The translations under genes and the position numbers were made by a program. The notes under the pieces are model-generated. The model ran no database searches. It saw only the letters and a program-made list of their open reading frames with translations, and was not told where the DNA came from. A stretch of DNA of 64,000 bases from Parcubacteria group bacterium Greene0416_36 (GTDB lineage Bacteria; Patescibacteriota; Patescibacteriia; VMEV01): assembly GCA_007375725.1 (NCBI GenBank), contig VMEV01000007.1, positions 22,895-86,894 of the forward strand, written 5' to 3'. Of the stretch, positions 48,210-58,212 are shown piece by piece (position 1 is the first letter of the stretch; each line of letters starts with the position of its first letter).

Positions 48210-50039
48210 ATGAAAAAAAATTCAATGATGACATTCGTTAGATTTCTCGTCTTATTCGCGGCCATTGCCTGGGTGTTCAGCCTGTATAAAGCTCCGGAAG
48301 ACAAAAAAAATACGGATATCGGCATAGCCTCTTTCATCTCGAAAATTGAAGCCGGAGAGGTCAAAACCATCCGAGTATCAGGAGATATTATCAATATTGA
48401 ACTCGCCGACGGAGAAAAAACTTCTTTCCAAAAAGAAGGACAAGACACGCTCTCCGACATCTTCAGCAACTATGGAGTCTCTCCGGACAAATTACGGACT
48501 CTCGATATTGTCACGGAAAAAGAATCCTCTCTCGCCTATTGGACCGGCATCATTCTCCCGTTCCTGCTTCCATTCCTCCTCGTCCTTTTTTTCCTCTTCA
48601 TCATGCTCCGCCAAGTGCAGGGAGCCAATAACAAAGCCATGATGTTCGGACAGTCCGCGGCCCGAGAGATACACAAAAAGAAAGACGGCATCACATTCAA
48701 AGACGTAGCCGGCGCGCATGAAGCTAAGGAGGAACTCCGAGAAGTCGTGGAATTCCTGACCAATCCCAAAAAGTTCATCGATATGGGCGCCAAGGTTCCC
48801 CGAGGAGTACTCCTTATGGGATCTCCCGGAACCGGAAAAACCTTGCTCGCCAAAGCGGTTGCCGGAGAAGCGAATGTCCCCTTTTTTTCCATCTCCGGCT
48901 CAGAATTTGTGGAGATGTTCGTGGGCGTGGGAGCTTCCCGTGTCCGAGACTTATTCAAAAAAGCGAAGAAAAACTCTCCGTGCATTATTTTTATCGATGA
49001 GATTGACGCCGTGGGAAGACAGCGGGGCTCCGGACTCGGAGGGTCGCACGACGAACGCGAACAAACCCTCAACCAAATCTTGGTGGAAATGGACGGTTTT
49101 GACACGGAAACCAATGTCATCATCATCGCCGCCACCAACCGCCCCGATGTTCTCGACCCCGCGCTCCTGCGCCCCGGCCGATTTGATCGCCGAGTGGTTC
49201 TCGACTTGCCCGATATCAAAGCCCGCGAAGAAATATTGGTCGTGCACGCGGCCAATAAGCCTATTGACCCCTCGGTAAAACTCTCCCAAATCGCCTACCG
49301 AACCCCCGGATTTTCCGGCGCGGATCTGGCGAATCTGCTCAATGAGGCCGCAATTCTCGCTGCCCGGCAGAATAAGAGTAAAATCACGACCGAACACATT
49401 CTCACCAGCATCGAGAAAGTCATGCTCGGCCCCGAACGAAAAACGTCCCTCCTGTCTCCAAAAGAAAAAGAAATCACCGCCTATCATGAGGCTGGCCATG
49501 CTCTCGTCGCGCATTACTTGCCCGGCACCGATCCAGTGCAAAAAGTCTCCGTGATTTCCCGCGGACGCGCCGCCGGATACACCCTCAAAATGCCCGAAAT
49601 CGACAAACACCTGCACTCGCGAACCGAATTCATATCGGATTTGGCGGTCATGGTCGCCGGACACACGGCGGAAAAAGAAGTATTCGGAGAAGTCACCACT
49701 GGAGCCTCCAATGATCTCCAAAAAGTCACCATGCTGGCCCGAAAACTGATCACCGAATACGGCATGGCAGCGCGTCTCACCCCCCGATCCTACGGCCACA
49801 AAGAAGAAATGATCTTTTTGGGAAGAGAGATCACCGAACAGCGGGATTACTCCGAAAAAACCGCACAGGCCATTGATGAAGAAATGGATACTTTCATTTC
49901 AGAAGCTTTCAAATCAGCCTACAAGATTATTACTTCCAAGCGTGATATACTCAATAAAGTCGCAGCCGCTCTCGTAGACCACGAGACTCTTGAAAAATCC
50001 GAATTTGAAGCCATTGCCGGCCCCAAAAAAGTACTATAA
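48210..50039 (+). CDS. ftsH: ATP-dependent zinc metalloprotease FtsH
   Basis: Two TM helices; [41 protein letters not shown]. Confidence 0.98.
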   Translation: MKKNSMMTFVRFLVLFAAIAWVFSLYKAPEDKKNTDIGIASFISKIEAGEVKTIRVSGDIINIELADGEKTSFQKEGQDTLSDIFSNYGVSPDKLRTLDIVTEKESSLAYWTGIILPFLLPFLLVLFFLFIMLRQVQGANNKAMMFGQSAAREIHKKKDGITFKDVAGAHEAKEELREVVEFLTNPKKFIDMGAKVPRGVLLMGSPGTGKTLLAKAVAGEANVPFFSISGSEFVEMFVGVGASRVRDLFKKAKKNSPCIIFIDEIDAVGRQRGSGLGGSHDEREQTLNQILVEMDGFDTETNVIIIAATNRPDVLDPALLRPGRFDRRVVLDLPDIKAREEILVVHAANKPIDPSVKLSQIAYRTPGFSGADLANLLNEAAILAARQNKSKITTEHILTSIEKVMLGPERKTSLLSPKEKEITAYHEAGHALVAHYLPGTDPVQKVSVISRGRAAGYTLKMPEIDKHLHSRTEFISDLAVMVAGHTAEKEVFGEVTTGASNDLQKVTMLARKLITEYGMAARLTPRSYGHKEEMIFLGREITEQRDYSEKTAQAIDEEMDTFISEAFKSAYKIITSKRDILNKVAAALVDHETLEKSEFEAIAGPKKVL

Positions 50040-50056
50040 TCATTAGTTCGCCTCAC

Positions 50057-50968
50057 ATGAAAGATATTCTTTCTTTTTTCCGTCAGTGCTTCCTGTTCAC
50101 CTTGGGCAATCCCGTGCTCGCATTTTTAGCCCTAGTTTCCTCACTCTTGGCCGCTCTCCCTTTTTGGGGCGGATGGAGCTTTTTGTCGCCTCATATCCCC
50201 CTAACACAATCGTCAATTTGGAGCGCGCTTTATGAATCCTGGGGAGTGCTCTCGGCCATAGTCCCGATACTATGGACCCATGAGCCGCAAACCGTTCTCC
50301 AATATGGCATCCTTTTGGCCGCCGCACTTTTGCTGATCCTGTTATTCATTTGGCTGGCGATACTCTGCCAAGGCACGCTAGTCTATTTCCTTAGTTATTT
50401 TCCCGCAATCAGCTTGCGCGAGGCCCTCACCCAAAGCGCCAAGAAACTATCTCCTCTCATATTGGTCAATCTAATAGCCCTGATCACTTATCTACTCCTC
50501 TTAGAAATACATTTCCCGATCTACTTGATCATCAATGAATTATCCAACCAACTATTAAGCCTTCCTCTCTCTTATCTCTGGAATATTTTATTCTTCTGTC
50601 TATCCTCGATTTGTTCACTGGTGGCAATTTTCGCCCTACATAGAGTGTGTACAGAAAATCAACCCGCCATCACATCGCTGATCACCGCCGCCCGGATGGT
50701 CAAAAATAATCTGCGAGATATATTTAAAATTCTCTTCGCTCTCTTAGGCGGGAAATTAATGATTGCGATTCTGGCTTCAGTCTTATTCGCTCTTCTCTCT
50801 TTCACGATCGGAATATTCATCACCTTACTGGGTCTAGCCGGAATCGGAAAAATACTGCTCTATCTGCTCATAGCCGCTATCAGCATTCTTGTCATCATCC
50901 TTTACTCATTCCTCTTGGCATTTGAATGGATCGTATGGAGCGCCATATACAAAAAATGCAAACTCTAG
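50057..50968 (+). CDS. Polytopic membrane protein
   Basis: 303 aa, 6-7 hydrophobic segments, operonic with ftsH. Confidence 0.75.
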   Translation: MKDILSFFRQCFLFTLGNPVLAFLALVSSLLAALPFWGGWSFLSPHIPLTQSSIWSALYESWGVLSAIVPILWTHEPQTVLQYGILLAAALLLILLFIWLAILCQGTLVYFLSYFPAISLREALTQSAKKLSPLILVNLIALITYLLLLEIHFPIYLIINELSNQLLSLPLSYLWNILFFCLSSICSLVAIFALHRVCTENQPAITSLITAARMVKNNLRDIFKILFALLGGKLMIAILASVLFALLSFTIGIFITLLGLAGIGKILLYLLIAAISILVIILYSFLLAFEWIVWSAIYKKCKL

Positions 50969-51009
50969 CCAAAGCCTCATAAAATTTACGGCTTTTAATA
51001 AAAGAAAAT

Positions 51010-52788
51010 ATGGGAGACATGGGACCCACCATTGGAGATTTGATCAAGCGCTCCAAAACCCAAGGCGCTTCTACCGCGACTCCAGTCCCGGCCAAAAAAC
51101 CTACGGCCGAGGACTATGAAACCGTATTAGGACAGTTTGACCTCAAAATGAGAGATATCAAACTATTAGAAGACGAAAAAATTACCGCGCAAAAAGCGCT
51201 GGCGATGGGGGTTTATTATATCAATCTCGCGCAGTACGGCGTTTCTCCAGAAGCACTGGGGTCCATTCCAGAAGAGGAAGCCGCTCGTCTCCAAACCGCC
51301 TGTTTTTTCAAAGATCTCAAGAAAATCAAGCTCGCATCGCTTCACCCGGATAGCGAGGATGTAGCAGATCTGGCTTTTCGCCTCAAGGAAGAATTTTATG
51401 TCGACACGGTCGAACTTTTTTTAATCTCCAAAAATAGTTTTGACAAATTATTCATCCAATACAAAAATCTCCCCAAAATCAAAGCCGCGGTCAAAGGCAT
51501 TGAAATAACCGAGACGGATCTGGCCAAATTCACCAGAGAGCTCAAGATGCTCAAGGATCTCCAGTCTCACATAAAAAAGGCTTCAGTTTCAGAAATCGTC
51601 ACCGCCATGATTGCCCTAGCCCTTCAAATCCGTTCCTCCGACGTACATATCGAAGCCGAAGAGAAAGACGTCAAAATCCGCTACCGCATCGACGGCATGC
51701 TCAATGAAGCCGCGTCTCTGGCCAAAGAAATCTGGCCTCGCATCACGTCGAGAATCAAGCTCCTCTCCGGACTCAAACTCAATATCGAAAATAAACCGCA
51801 AGACGGCCGGTTCACCATTTTCCTCTCGGCTGACAAAGTGGATGTCCGCGTATCCGTGATCCCCACCACCTTTGGCGAAAGCATAGTAATGCGACTCCTC
51901 CGCTCCTCCGCGGCCGGACTGGCTTTCGAAGATTTGGGAATCAAGGGCATTGCCTACGAGGAACTCAAACGGGAAACGGAAAAGCCTCACGGCATGATCA
52001 TCACGACCGGGCCCACGGGATCCGGCAAAACCACCACCCTCTACGCCATTCTCAATAAACTTAATAGCCCCGAGAATAAAATCATCACGCTCGAAGATCC
52101 GGTTGAATACAAACTCGCCGGCATCAACCAGAGCCAGATCGACCACTCGAAGGGTTACAATTTCGCCGACGGCCTCCGGTCCATCCTCCGCCAAGATCCC
52201 GATATCGTGATGGTCGGTGAAATACGCGATCTCGAAACCGCCGAGGTCTCCATCAATGCCGCCATGACCGGCCACCTAGTCGTCTCCACCCTCCACACCA
52301 ACAGCGCGGCCGGCGCCATCCCCCGATTCATCTCAATGGGGGTCAAGGGATTTCTGCTCTCTCCCGCCCTCAATGCCATCATTGGCCAGCGGCTGGTGCG
52401 ACGCATTTGCCCTCACTGCGCGTCCGCGGATCTTTCGGTGACGGACGAAAGACTCGGACAAATCCGAGAGCTCCTCGCTGCTATTTCTCCCAAAGCCGGA
52501 ATCAAAATCGATCCGGCCTCTATCGAAAAACAATCTTTTTCACGGGGTACCGGATGCGAAAACTGCCATGGCATCGGGTACAAGGGCCGCATCGGCATCT
52601 ATGAAATCCTCACCATGAACAAAGATATCGAAGATGCCATCTCGCAAAACAAAATCTCCGAATACATTATCGAAGAAATTGGCATCCGCCACGGCATGGT
52701 GACCATGATCCAAGACGGCCTGCTGAAGGCCCTTGACCGTATCACAACGATTGAAGAGGTGTTTAGGGTGTCAAAGACGTTGTCGTAA
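51010..52788 (+). CDS. pilB: GspE/PilB type IV pilus assembly ATPase
   Basis: SDVHIE, RYRIDG, PQDGR, GPTGSGKTT, EDPVEY, LRQDPD, TGHLV, CPHC/CENC. Confidence 0.92.
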   Translation: MGDMGPTIGDLIKRSKTQGASTATPVPAKKPTAEDYETVLGQFDLKMRDIKLLEDEKITAQKALAMGVYYINLAQYGVSPEALGSIPEEEAARLQTACFFKDLKKIKLASLHPDSEDVADLAFRLKEEFYVDTVELFLISKNSFDKLFIQYKNLPKIKAAVKGIEITETDLAKFTRELKMLKDLQSHIKKASVSEIVTAMIALALQIRSSDVHIEAEEKDVKIRYRIDGMLNEAASLAKEIWPRITSRIKLLSGLKLNIENKPQDGRFTIFLSADKVDVRVSVIPTTFGESIVMRLLRSSAAGLAFEDLGIKGIAYEELKRETEKPHGMIITTGPTGSGKTTTLYAILNKLNSPENKIITLEDPVEYKLAGINQSQIDHSKGYNFADGLRSILRQDPDIVMVGEIRDLETAEVSINAAMTGHLVVSTLHTNSAAGAIPRFISMGVKGFLLSPALNAIIGQRLVRRICPHCASADLSVTDERLGQIRELLAAISPKAGIKIDPASIEKQSFSRGTGCENCHGIGYKGRIGIYEILTMNKDIEDAISQNKISEYIIEEIGIRHGMVTMIQDGLLKALDRITTIEEVFRVSKTLS

Positions 52789-53422
52789 GCAGCTCCTCCT
52801 CCACCTCGCGGCCGATCTCTCCGACGCGCCCCAAATTATCGCCAACTTGGCCTAATTTTTCAGCCAGAACCATTCCGATTTGGCGGGATACAAGTTCCCA
52901 TTTATCGGTCGTATAAACTCCTTCCCGAAATTCCGACTGCTGCGCGACGGGCAGATTTTCCATGACTTTGCCCAAATAAACACGTCCCCGTGAAACAAAA
53001 TCCGCGAAATCATGCGATAAATTTTTCCATTTTTCAGTATCTTTAATCGTTTCGACCACTTCGCCGGCCGCATCGACTCTCTGGTTATAGTCCCTCACTA
53101 AATCCTTGGCCTCCTCGATATTATTATCAGACAATAAAGCATTTATTTCATCCAGACGCTTTTTGGCGAGCCTAATGTCTCTCGTTGCCTGCGAGATATT
53201 ATCAACCGTCACCACATCCCCCAACCACTCCCAAACCCTCTTGGCGCCATACAGCACCGAGTCCGCGCCAATCACTGGCTCGGAGAGAAAATCTTTGGCG
53301 GAAACTGGAATAGCCTCCACAATTGTCTTTTTAGATTCAGCAGACTCCTCTTGCGCCAAAGATGGCAAAACAGAAATCAACCACAAAAAAGAAATAAGTA
53401 AAAAAGTAAATATTTTTGACAT
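52763..53422 (-). CDS. Exported helical protein (DUF5667-like)
   Basis: Signal peptide; DSVLYGAKRVWE..LAKKRLDEI. Confidence 0.75.
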   Translation of the reverse strand: MSKIFTFLLISFLWLISVLPSLAQEESAESKKTIVEAIPVSAKDFLSEPVIGADSVLYGAKRVWEWLGDVVTVDNISQATRDIRLAKKRLDEINALLSDNNIEEAKDLVRDYNQRVDAAGEVVETIKDTEKWKNLSHDFADFVSRGRVYLGKVMENLPVAQQSEFREGVYTTDKWELVSRQIGMVLAEKLGQVGDNLGRVGEIGREVEEELLTTTSLTP

Positions 53423-53522
53423 ATCAACAAAATTTTAAAACCGCGCATTCATACTATTATAAAATATCCCAAACGAAAAATCTTCACTGTATTGGGGTGA
53501 AGATTTTTCGCACTAAAACCGA

Positions 53523-53597
53523 TGGTACCCCCACGGAGAATCGAACTCCGATTCTCAGATTGAAAATCTGGTGTCCTAACCATTAGACGATGAGGGC
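53523..53597 (-). tRNA. tRNA-Glu(TTC)
   Basis: GCCCTCA acceptor; anticodon loop TTTTCAA; GTTCGATTC; encoded CCA. Confidence 0.95.
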
Positions 53598-53740
53598 GGA
53601 AAACAATTCAAAATTAAAAATGAAGAATGAAGAATAGAACAGCCGAAAGCGCCAAACTGATTCCAAGATTAGTATTTTCGGCATTAGTTGTCAATTTGCC
53701 AATCCATACATACAATAGTATAAATATTCGCCTTATTTTT

Positions 53741-54322
53741 ATGACCACCACCCTCTATCTCGTCCGTCACGGAAGCGTCAAAAATCCCGGAAACCGCGTG
53801 TATTGGGACGGGGTGGCGCTGAACCGAAATGGGCAGATGCAGGCGCGAAAAATGGGTGATTATTTGGCCGGCAAAAAAATCCGCCGGATCATCACCAGCC
53901 CCTTCCGCCGAACTCTCGAAACTGCCCGCCTCATCGCCGACCGAATCCCCGATTCTCCTGCCATTTTGACATCCAAACCCCTCGGCGAAGTCCCCTGGGC
54001 CAAAGACTGGGGCGGCAAAAAACGCACCGACATCGCCCTCTGGAGCGTCTATCGCGATCATCCTGAGAGGCTCTCCCGCCACGGCATCTCCATCGAATCC
54101 GTCGCCGATCGTATCCGCGCCTTCGCCGAAACCCTTCTCTCCCGCTACCCCAGCCAAAACCTCGTCCTCGTCTCCCACGGCGACATCATCAAATCCCTCC
54201 ACTGGAACCTCATGCGCGCCCCCCTCCGCGACTTCCACCGATATGGAATCAATAAAGGAGAAGGACTGGCGCTTATTTTTGAGGGGAAGAGATTGAAGAG
54301 AAAAAGGTTGGTGGTGATGTAG
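53741..54322 (+). CDS. Histidine phosphatase family protein
   Basis: LYLVRHG, TSPFRRTLETA, LVSHGD; start MTTT at 53741. Confidence 0.9.
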   Translation: MTTTLYLVRHGSVKNPGNRVYWDGVALNRNGQMQARKMGDYLAGKKIRRIITSPFRRTLETARLIADRIPDSPAILTSKPLGEVPWAKDWGGKKRTDIALWSVYRDHPERLSRHGISIESVADRIRAFAETLLSRYPSQNLVLVSHGDIIKSLHWNLMRAPLRDFHRYGINKGEGLALIFEGKRLKRKRLVVM

Positions 54323-54479
54323 AAGAATAATCTTAATAAACTAAAATAATCCCGATTTTTTTATCTTAAAATAAGGCAAATCAATATTTTTATCTATACT
54401 CTTAAGAGTTCTCTAATAAAAAAATTGCCTTAAAATAGCTAATAATAGCACATTACACGAACTAGAAAGGGCTAAACGA

Positions 54480-54521
54480 TTGACTTTTTATTTATTTTTC
54501 TTTATACTTGTATTAAATACA
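54480..54521 (+). promoter_or_regulatory. sigma70 promoter with adjacent NrtR-type operator
   Basis: TTGACT-17-TATACT followed by palindrome TGTATTAAATACA (GT-N7-AC core). Confidence 0.65.
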
Positions 54522-54540
54522 CTACCTAAAAGTATTTATT

Positions 54541-55257
54541 ATGTTGGAGAATCCTAACCCTCAAATGCCATCAAAGGCAATTCCAGATAGAGCACAAAAT
54601 CCTTTTATTGCAACGGATTCAGTCATTTTTCATGCATTAAAAGGAAAACTTTATATTCCCTTATTGCAACTAAAGCATCCTCCTTATCAGGGTATGTGGA
54701 AGTTGATTGGAGGTTTAATTTCACTGGATCAATCCATTGAGAGTTCAGTAATTCAGCAGATCGAAAACAAAACGAATATTCAAAAACAAAATTTCATCAT
54801 TGATCAGGTCTATACATTCGGAGAAGTTAATCGAGATATAGAAAAACACAGTATCTCTATTGTCTATTTAGCACTGACACACCAGATGTGGCCTTTGAAA
54901 AACTCGCAACATGATATGACCGTGAAATGGTTCCCGATAACAGAACTACCACCTTTAGCTTATGATCATGAAAAAATCATCAAATTCACTATCGGCCGAT
55001 TACAAGCAAAAGTAAGATCCAGCAATATTATTCAAGGATTGTTACCTGAAGAATTCACGCTCACTGAACTCCAGCAAGTCTATGAAACCGTGCTCGACAA
55101 AACGATTGATAAAAGAAATTTTAGAAAGAAAATTTCTTCTATGAATATCGTGGAATCGCTCAAGAAAAAAAAGACGGGCATGCAAAATCGCCCCGCTGAA
55201 TTGTACCGTTTTATAAGCAAACAAATAGAAACTATCGAATTATTCTCACGCCAATAA
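54541..55257 (+). CDS. nrtR: NrtR family Nudix/wHTH transcriptional regulator
   Basis: ATDSVIF, QVYTFGEVNRD, LPPLAYDH, LLPEEFTLTELQQVYE, DKRNFRKK, RPAELY. Confidence 0.9.
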   Translation: MLENPNPQMPSKAIPDRAQNPFIATDSVIFHALKGKLYIPLLQLKHPPYQGMWKLIGGLISLDQSIESSVIQQIENKTNIQKQNFIIDQVYTFGEVNRDIEKHSISIVYLALTHQMWPLKNSQHDMTVKWFPITELPPLAYDHEKIIKFTIGRLQAKVRSSNIIQGLLPEEFTLTELQQVYETVLDKTIDKRNFRKKISSMNIVESLKKKKTGMQNRPAELYRFISKQIETIELFSRQ

Positions 55258-55330
55258 ACGATTTATTTTTTTAATTTTTAGAAAAATAAATTGTGTATTG
55301 ATTTTGTAATTTTACAAAAAGGAGAAAAAA

Positions 55331-55966
55331 ATGAGTTGGAAAAAGTCGCTCATGGAAATAATGGCCTATTTTCAATTAGGCACGTTATTCCCAAATTTTT
55401 TTCCAATCCTGCTGGATAAGCAACAAAGGATTGGAAAAATCTGTATTTTTGGTGGATCTTTTAATCCGCCTCATCGGGGGCATGTAGAGGCAACAAAGAT
55501 TCTCTCGAGATTCTTCGATGAAGTCATCGTCGTACCTTGTGGTTACCGAATAGATAAGGTCTACCCAGATTCAAAAATCCGGCAACCCCTACTCGAAAAA
55601 GCTTTTGCTGCGGCCGGGGTCACGGTTGACTGCCGAAGAATCACCCAAAAAAACCTGGATCCTTTAGAACTGGCAAAGTACTATATCCAGGAGAAAAAAA
55701 ACAAGGATGTGTGGGTCGCCATGGGCACAGATGTAATGATCAAGCACCAGAATGACCCACAATGGCCAGAATATATGGCCTATAATTGGATCGTTCTTGA
55801 GAGGGAGGGCTACAAACTAGAGAAGCCACTCCCGCCAAAAAGCAAAATTTTACATCTCGCCTACGGAAGAAAAATAGCGAGTTCACGGATAAAAAAAATG
55901 TTGGCTGAAATAGCGGAAATATTACCAGAAAATTGTACGATTCAAGATCTGCTGCAATTTCAGTAG
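55331..55966 (+). CDS. nadD: NadD-like nucleotidyltransferase
   Basis: IFGGSFNPPHRGH, MGTD, IASSRIK; downstream of nrtR. Confidence 0.75.
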   Translation: MSWKKSLMEIMAYFQLGTLFPNFFPILLDKQQRIGKICIFGGSFNPPHRGHVEATKILSRFFDEVIVVPCGYRIDKVYPDSKIRQPLLEKAFAAAGVTVDCRRITQKNLDPLELAKYYIQEKKNKDVWVAMGTDVMIKHQNDPQWPEYMAYNWIVLEREGYKLEKPLPPKSKILHLAYGRKIASSRIKKMLAEIAEILPENCTIQDLLQFQ

Positions 55967-56076
55967 TAGTAATCTTGAAAAACTTCGGCAGAAAAAAAAG
56001 AGCTTAAGTAAAAAATTAACTGAACAATAAGAGAACAGACCTTTTAATACGTTTGTTCTCTTTTTAATTTCCCAAA

Positions 56077-56736
56077 TTATACGGCCTCCGGCACGACCAA
56101 TTTCTTCATATCATATTTCACTTTCTCCAAAAGCATTTCCTTCTTCCCGCCGTCGACGATATCGCCGTGGCCGGGGATGATGATATCGGCTTTCTCGAGG
56201 ATCGCGCGCGCGCTTTTGAGATAGGCTTTTTTGCTATAGAAAGCCGGATAGAGTCCGTCTTTCATGAGATCGTAGCGAATCGCATCGCCGGCGAGACACC
56301 AGATCTTCTCATCGATCGTGACAAACGCGGACCAGTGAGACTGATCATGTCCCGGGGTATAGACGATATCGATGTCTCCGAGGCTTATAGGGTCTCTGGG
56401 CGCGATATATCGAATCGAGCCTCTCTCATATTCCCACTCCGCCGGCCCCATAATGATTTTAGCGCGCGGAAACAAATAATTGTTCCCGGTATGATCAAAA
56501 TGATAGTGGCTATTGATGATGTAGTCGATGTCTCCGGGCTCCAGCTTCTCAGCCTTGAGTTCCTCCACGAGCCGTTTCCCCATCGGATAAAATCCGGTAT
56601 CAAATAAAATATTCATCTTTCCCGCCCGAATCAGAGTCGATGAACTGTAGATAGGACAAATATCATGCACATCTCCCTCAACATGATCCTCGTGCTTGCC
56701 GAGGAATAGAACTTTTAAGGATAGTTTTTGTTTCAT
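56077..56736 (-). CDS. MBL-fold metallo-hydrolase
   Basis: DTG, SHYHFDHTGN, TPGH, GDA, PGH. Confidence 0.92.
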   Translation of the reverse strand: MKQKLSLKVLFLGKHEDHVEGDVHDICPIYSSSTLIRAGKMNILFDTGFYPMGKRLVEELKAEKLEPGDIDYIINSHYHFDHTGNNYLFPRAKIIMGPAEWEYERGSIRYIAPRDPISLGDIDIVYTPGHDQSHWSAFVTIDEKIWCLAGDAIRYDLMKDGLYPAFYSKKAYLKSARAILEKADIIIPGHGDIVDGGKKEMLLEKVKYDMKKLVVPEAV

Positions 56737-56765
56737 ATGTTTTCAGGCGTTAGGCCGTAATTATA

Positions 56766-56878
56766 GTGTCATTGCGAGTTACGCGCTTTAGCGGAACGTG
56801 CCAATCTCACATTAGAATCCTCCCTATCGATATGAGATTGCTTCATCCCCGCTAAGACGCGGGGCTTCGCAATGACAC
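56766..56878. repeat. GTCATTGCGAG..GAGATTGCTTC..CGCAATGAC palindromic element
   Basis: Sister copy at 25953-26063. Confidence 0.8.
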
Positions 56879-56887
56879 CACTACTCC

Positions 56888-57265
56888 CTAATAGTATTTT
56901 ACCACGCACCGCCCCTCCTCGCACGCCAATTTTTTGTAGAACCGGCAGGTCTGCTCGCATTCTTCGGGATACTGGATCAAGAGATCTTTGATTTCATTCA
57001 CCCGATCCCCAGCGACCGCCACATGGCACCCGAAGGGGCAGTGGGACGCCACAATTTCGCAATCGTCCACACTCTTACAAGCCGAGGCTCCCAAAATTTT
57101 ATTTTTCAATTCTTCTTTCTTTTGTTTTTGCTCTTCAGGATTGGAATTCTTCGAATTGTCTCCCTCCGAAACATCATTCGATTTCCAAAATCCAGTCTGT
57201 GTCAAACTCCAAAAAAATAAAAACACTATCCCCACCCCAATTATCCACTTTCCGTTTTTTGACAT
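56888..57265 (-). CDS. Small membrane-anchored Cys-rich protein
   Basis: N-terminal TM; eight Cys (CKSVDDC..CPFGC..CEQTC..CEEGRC). Confidence 0.8.
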   Translation of the reverse strand: MSKNGKWIIGVGIVFLFFWSLTQTGFWKSNDVSEGDNSKNSNPEEQKQKKEELKNKILGASACKSVDDCEIVASHCPFGCHVAVAGDRVNEIKDLLIQYPEECEQTCRFYKKLACEEGRCVVKYY

Positions 57266-57288
57266 AACCTTGATTTTAAAGACTTATT

Positions 57289-57399
57289 TATCCCCCAAAG
57301 GCGTGAGTTACCCACAGACTTGTCAACATTTTGACAGAAAAGGAATGATAAATAAAGAAAAAAATATTTTATCCATAACTTTTCCACAAAATCATCCAC
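57289..57399 (+). promoter_or_regulatory. Cluster of DnaA-box-like 9-mers
   Basis: TTACCCACA, TTATCCATA, TTTTCCACA, TCATCCACA. Confidence 0.45.
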
Positions 57400-57429
57400 A
57401 AGCCACAAGATCTCTTATTTATTGGAGAA

Positions 57430-57546
57430 ATAAAGAAACCTTACTAAAGTAAGGTTTCTCCAAAAGAAGTAGACCGTTATTCAAGTCCATATATCTCCAG
57501 CGAACTATCTCGCTAGAAAGCCAATGTCTTGAATACGAACCTACTA
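57430..57546 (-). ncRNA. Candidate ~115-nt rod-like sRNA
   Basis: Promoter at 57552-57580; stems AGTAG/CTACT, TATTCAAG/CTTGAATA, CTAGCGA/TCGCTGG; 12-bp terminator stem 57434-57459. Confidence 0.6.
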
Positions 57547-57551
57547 ACAAC

Positions 57552-57580
57552 AGTATAGCCGTTCTAACTTATAGCGTCAA
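57552..57580 (-). promoter_or_regulatory. sigma70 promoter
   Basis: TTGACG-17-TATACT. Confidence 0.75.
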
Positions 57581-57776
57581 TCTCCAAACCACCCTCGTTG
57601 TAAGCGATCGACGAGGGTGGTTTTTAATTCTCAATTTGCAACTTTCTCTCTTTTTTCCTAATATATCCAAATGTTTCAGAGTTCAGAGTATTTGTATTCA
57701 GGCTGTTTCCTAAATCTGCGCCAAAGGCGCATCAGCCTACGGCTGGCTAACACCTGAGTCCTAAATCCTGATTATT

Positions 57777-57849
57777 GGGCCCTTAGCTCATTTGGTAGAG
57801 CGCTTCCATGGCATGGAAGAGGTAAACGGTTCGAGCCCGTTAGGGTCCA
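57777..57849 (+). tRNA. tRNA-Ala(GGC)
   Basis: GGGCCCT acceptor with G3.U70; CTTCC-ATGGCAT-GGAAG arm; GTTCGAGCC. Confidence 0.96.
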
Positions 57850-57850
57850 C

Positions 57851-57900
57851 CCCACTCCGCTGCCATCGCTACGCTCATAGGCGAGCTACGCGGGGCACGC
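57851..57900. repeat. Family T repeat abutting the tRNA-Ala 3' end
   Basis: CCCACTCCGCTGCCATCGCTACGCTCATAGGCGAGCTACGCGGGGCACGCC. Confidence 0.8.
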
Positions 57901-58048
57901 CATACAAAAACATGTCCGTAATCTCGGACATGTTTTTGTATACAAATTTTTCTAAACACCTTACAATTATAGAATTCGATTTGAAATCTCAGTCGAGGAA
58001 ATAAAAAACAAAAATAAAATTTATAAAATTAATCCTTAATCTTTTCTT

Positions 58049-58126
58049 ATGGCAAAAAAAATGAAAAAGAGAGTCGCCAAGAAGATGGCCAAAAAGCACA
58101 AGAAAGTCGCGAAAAAGAAGAAATAA
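58049..58126 (+). CDS. 25-aa Lys-rich basic microprotein
   Basis: MAKKMKKRVAKKMAKKHKKVAKKKK; terminator 58133-58173. Confidence 0.6.
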   Translation: MAKKMKKRVAKKMAKKHKKVAKKKK

Positions 58127-58212
58127 CCGAGAAAAAAAGTGACCTTGAATTTAAAAAATACGGGTCACTTTTTTATTACTCTTTGACTGACGACAAAAGA
58201 CTCCCAAAGGCC

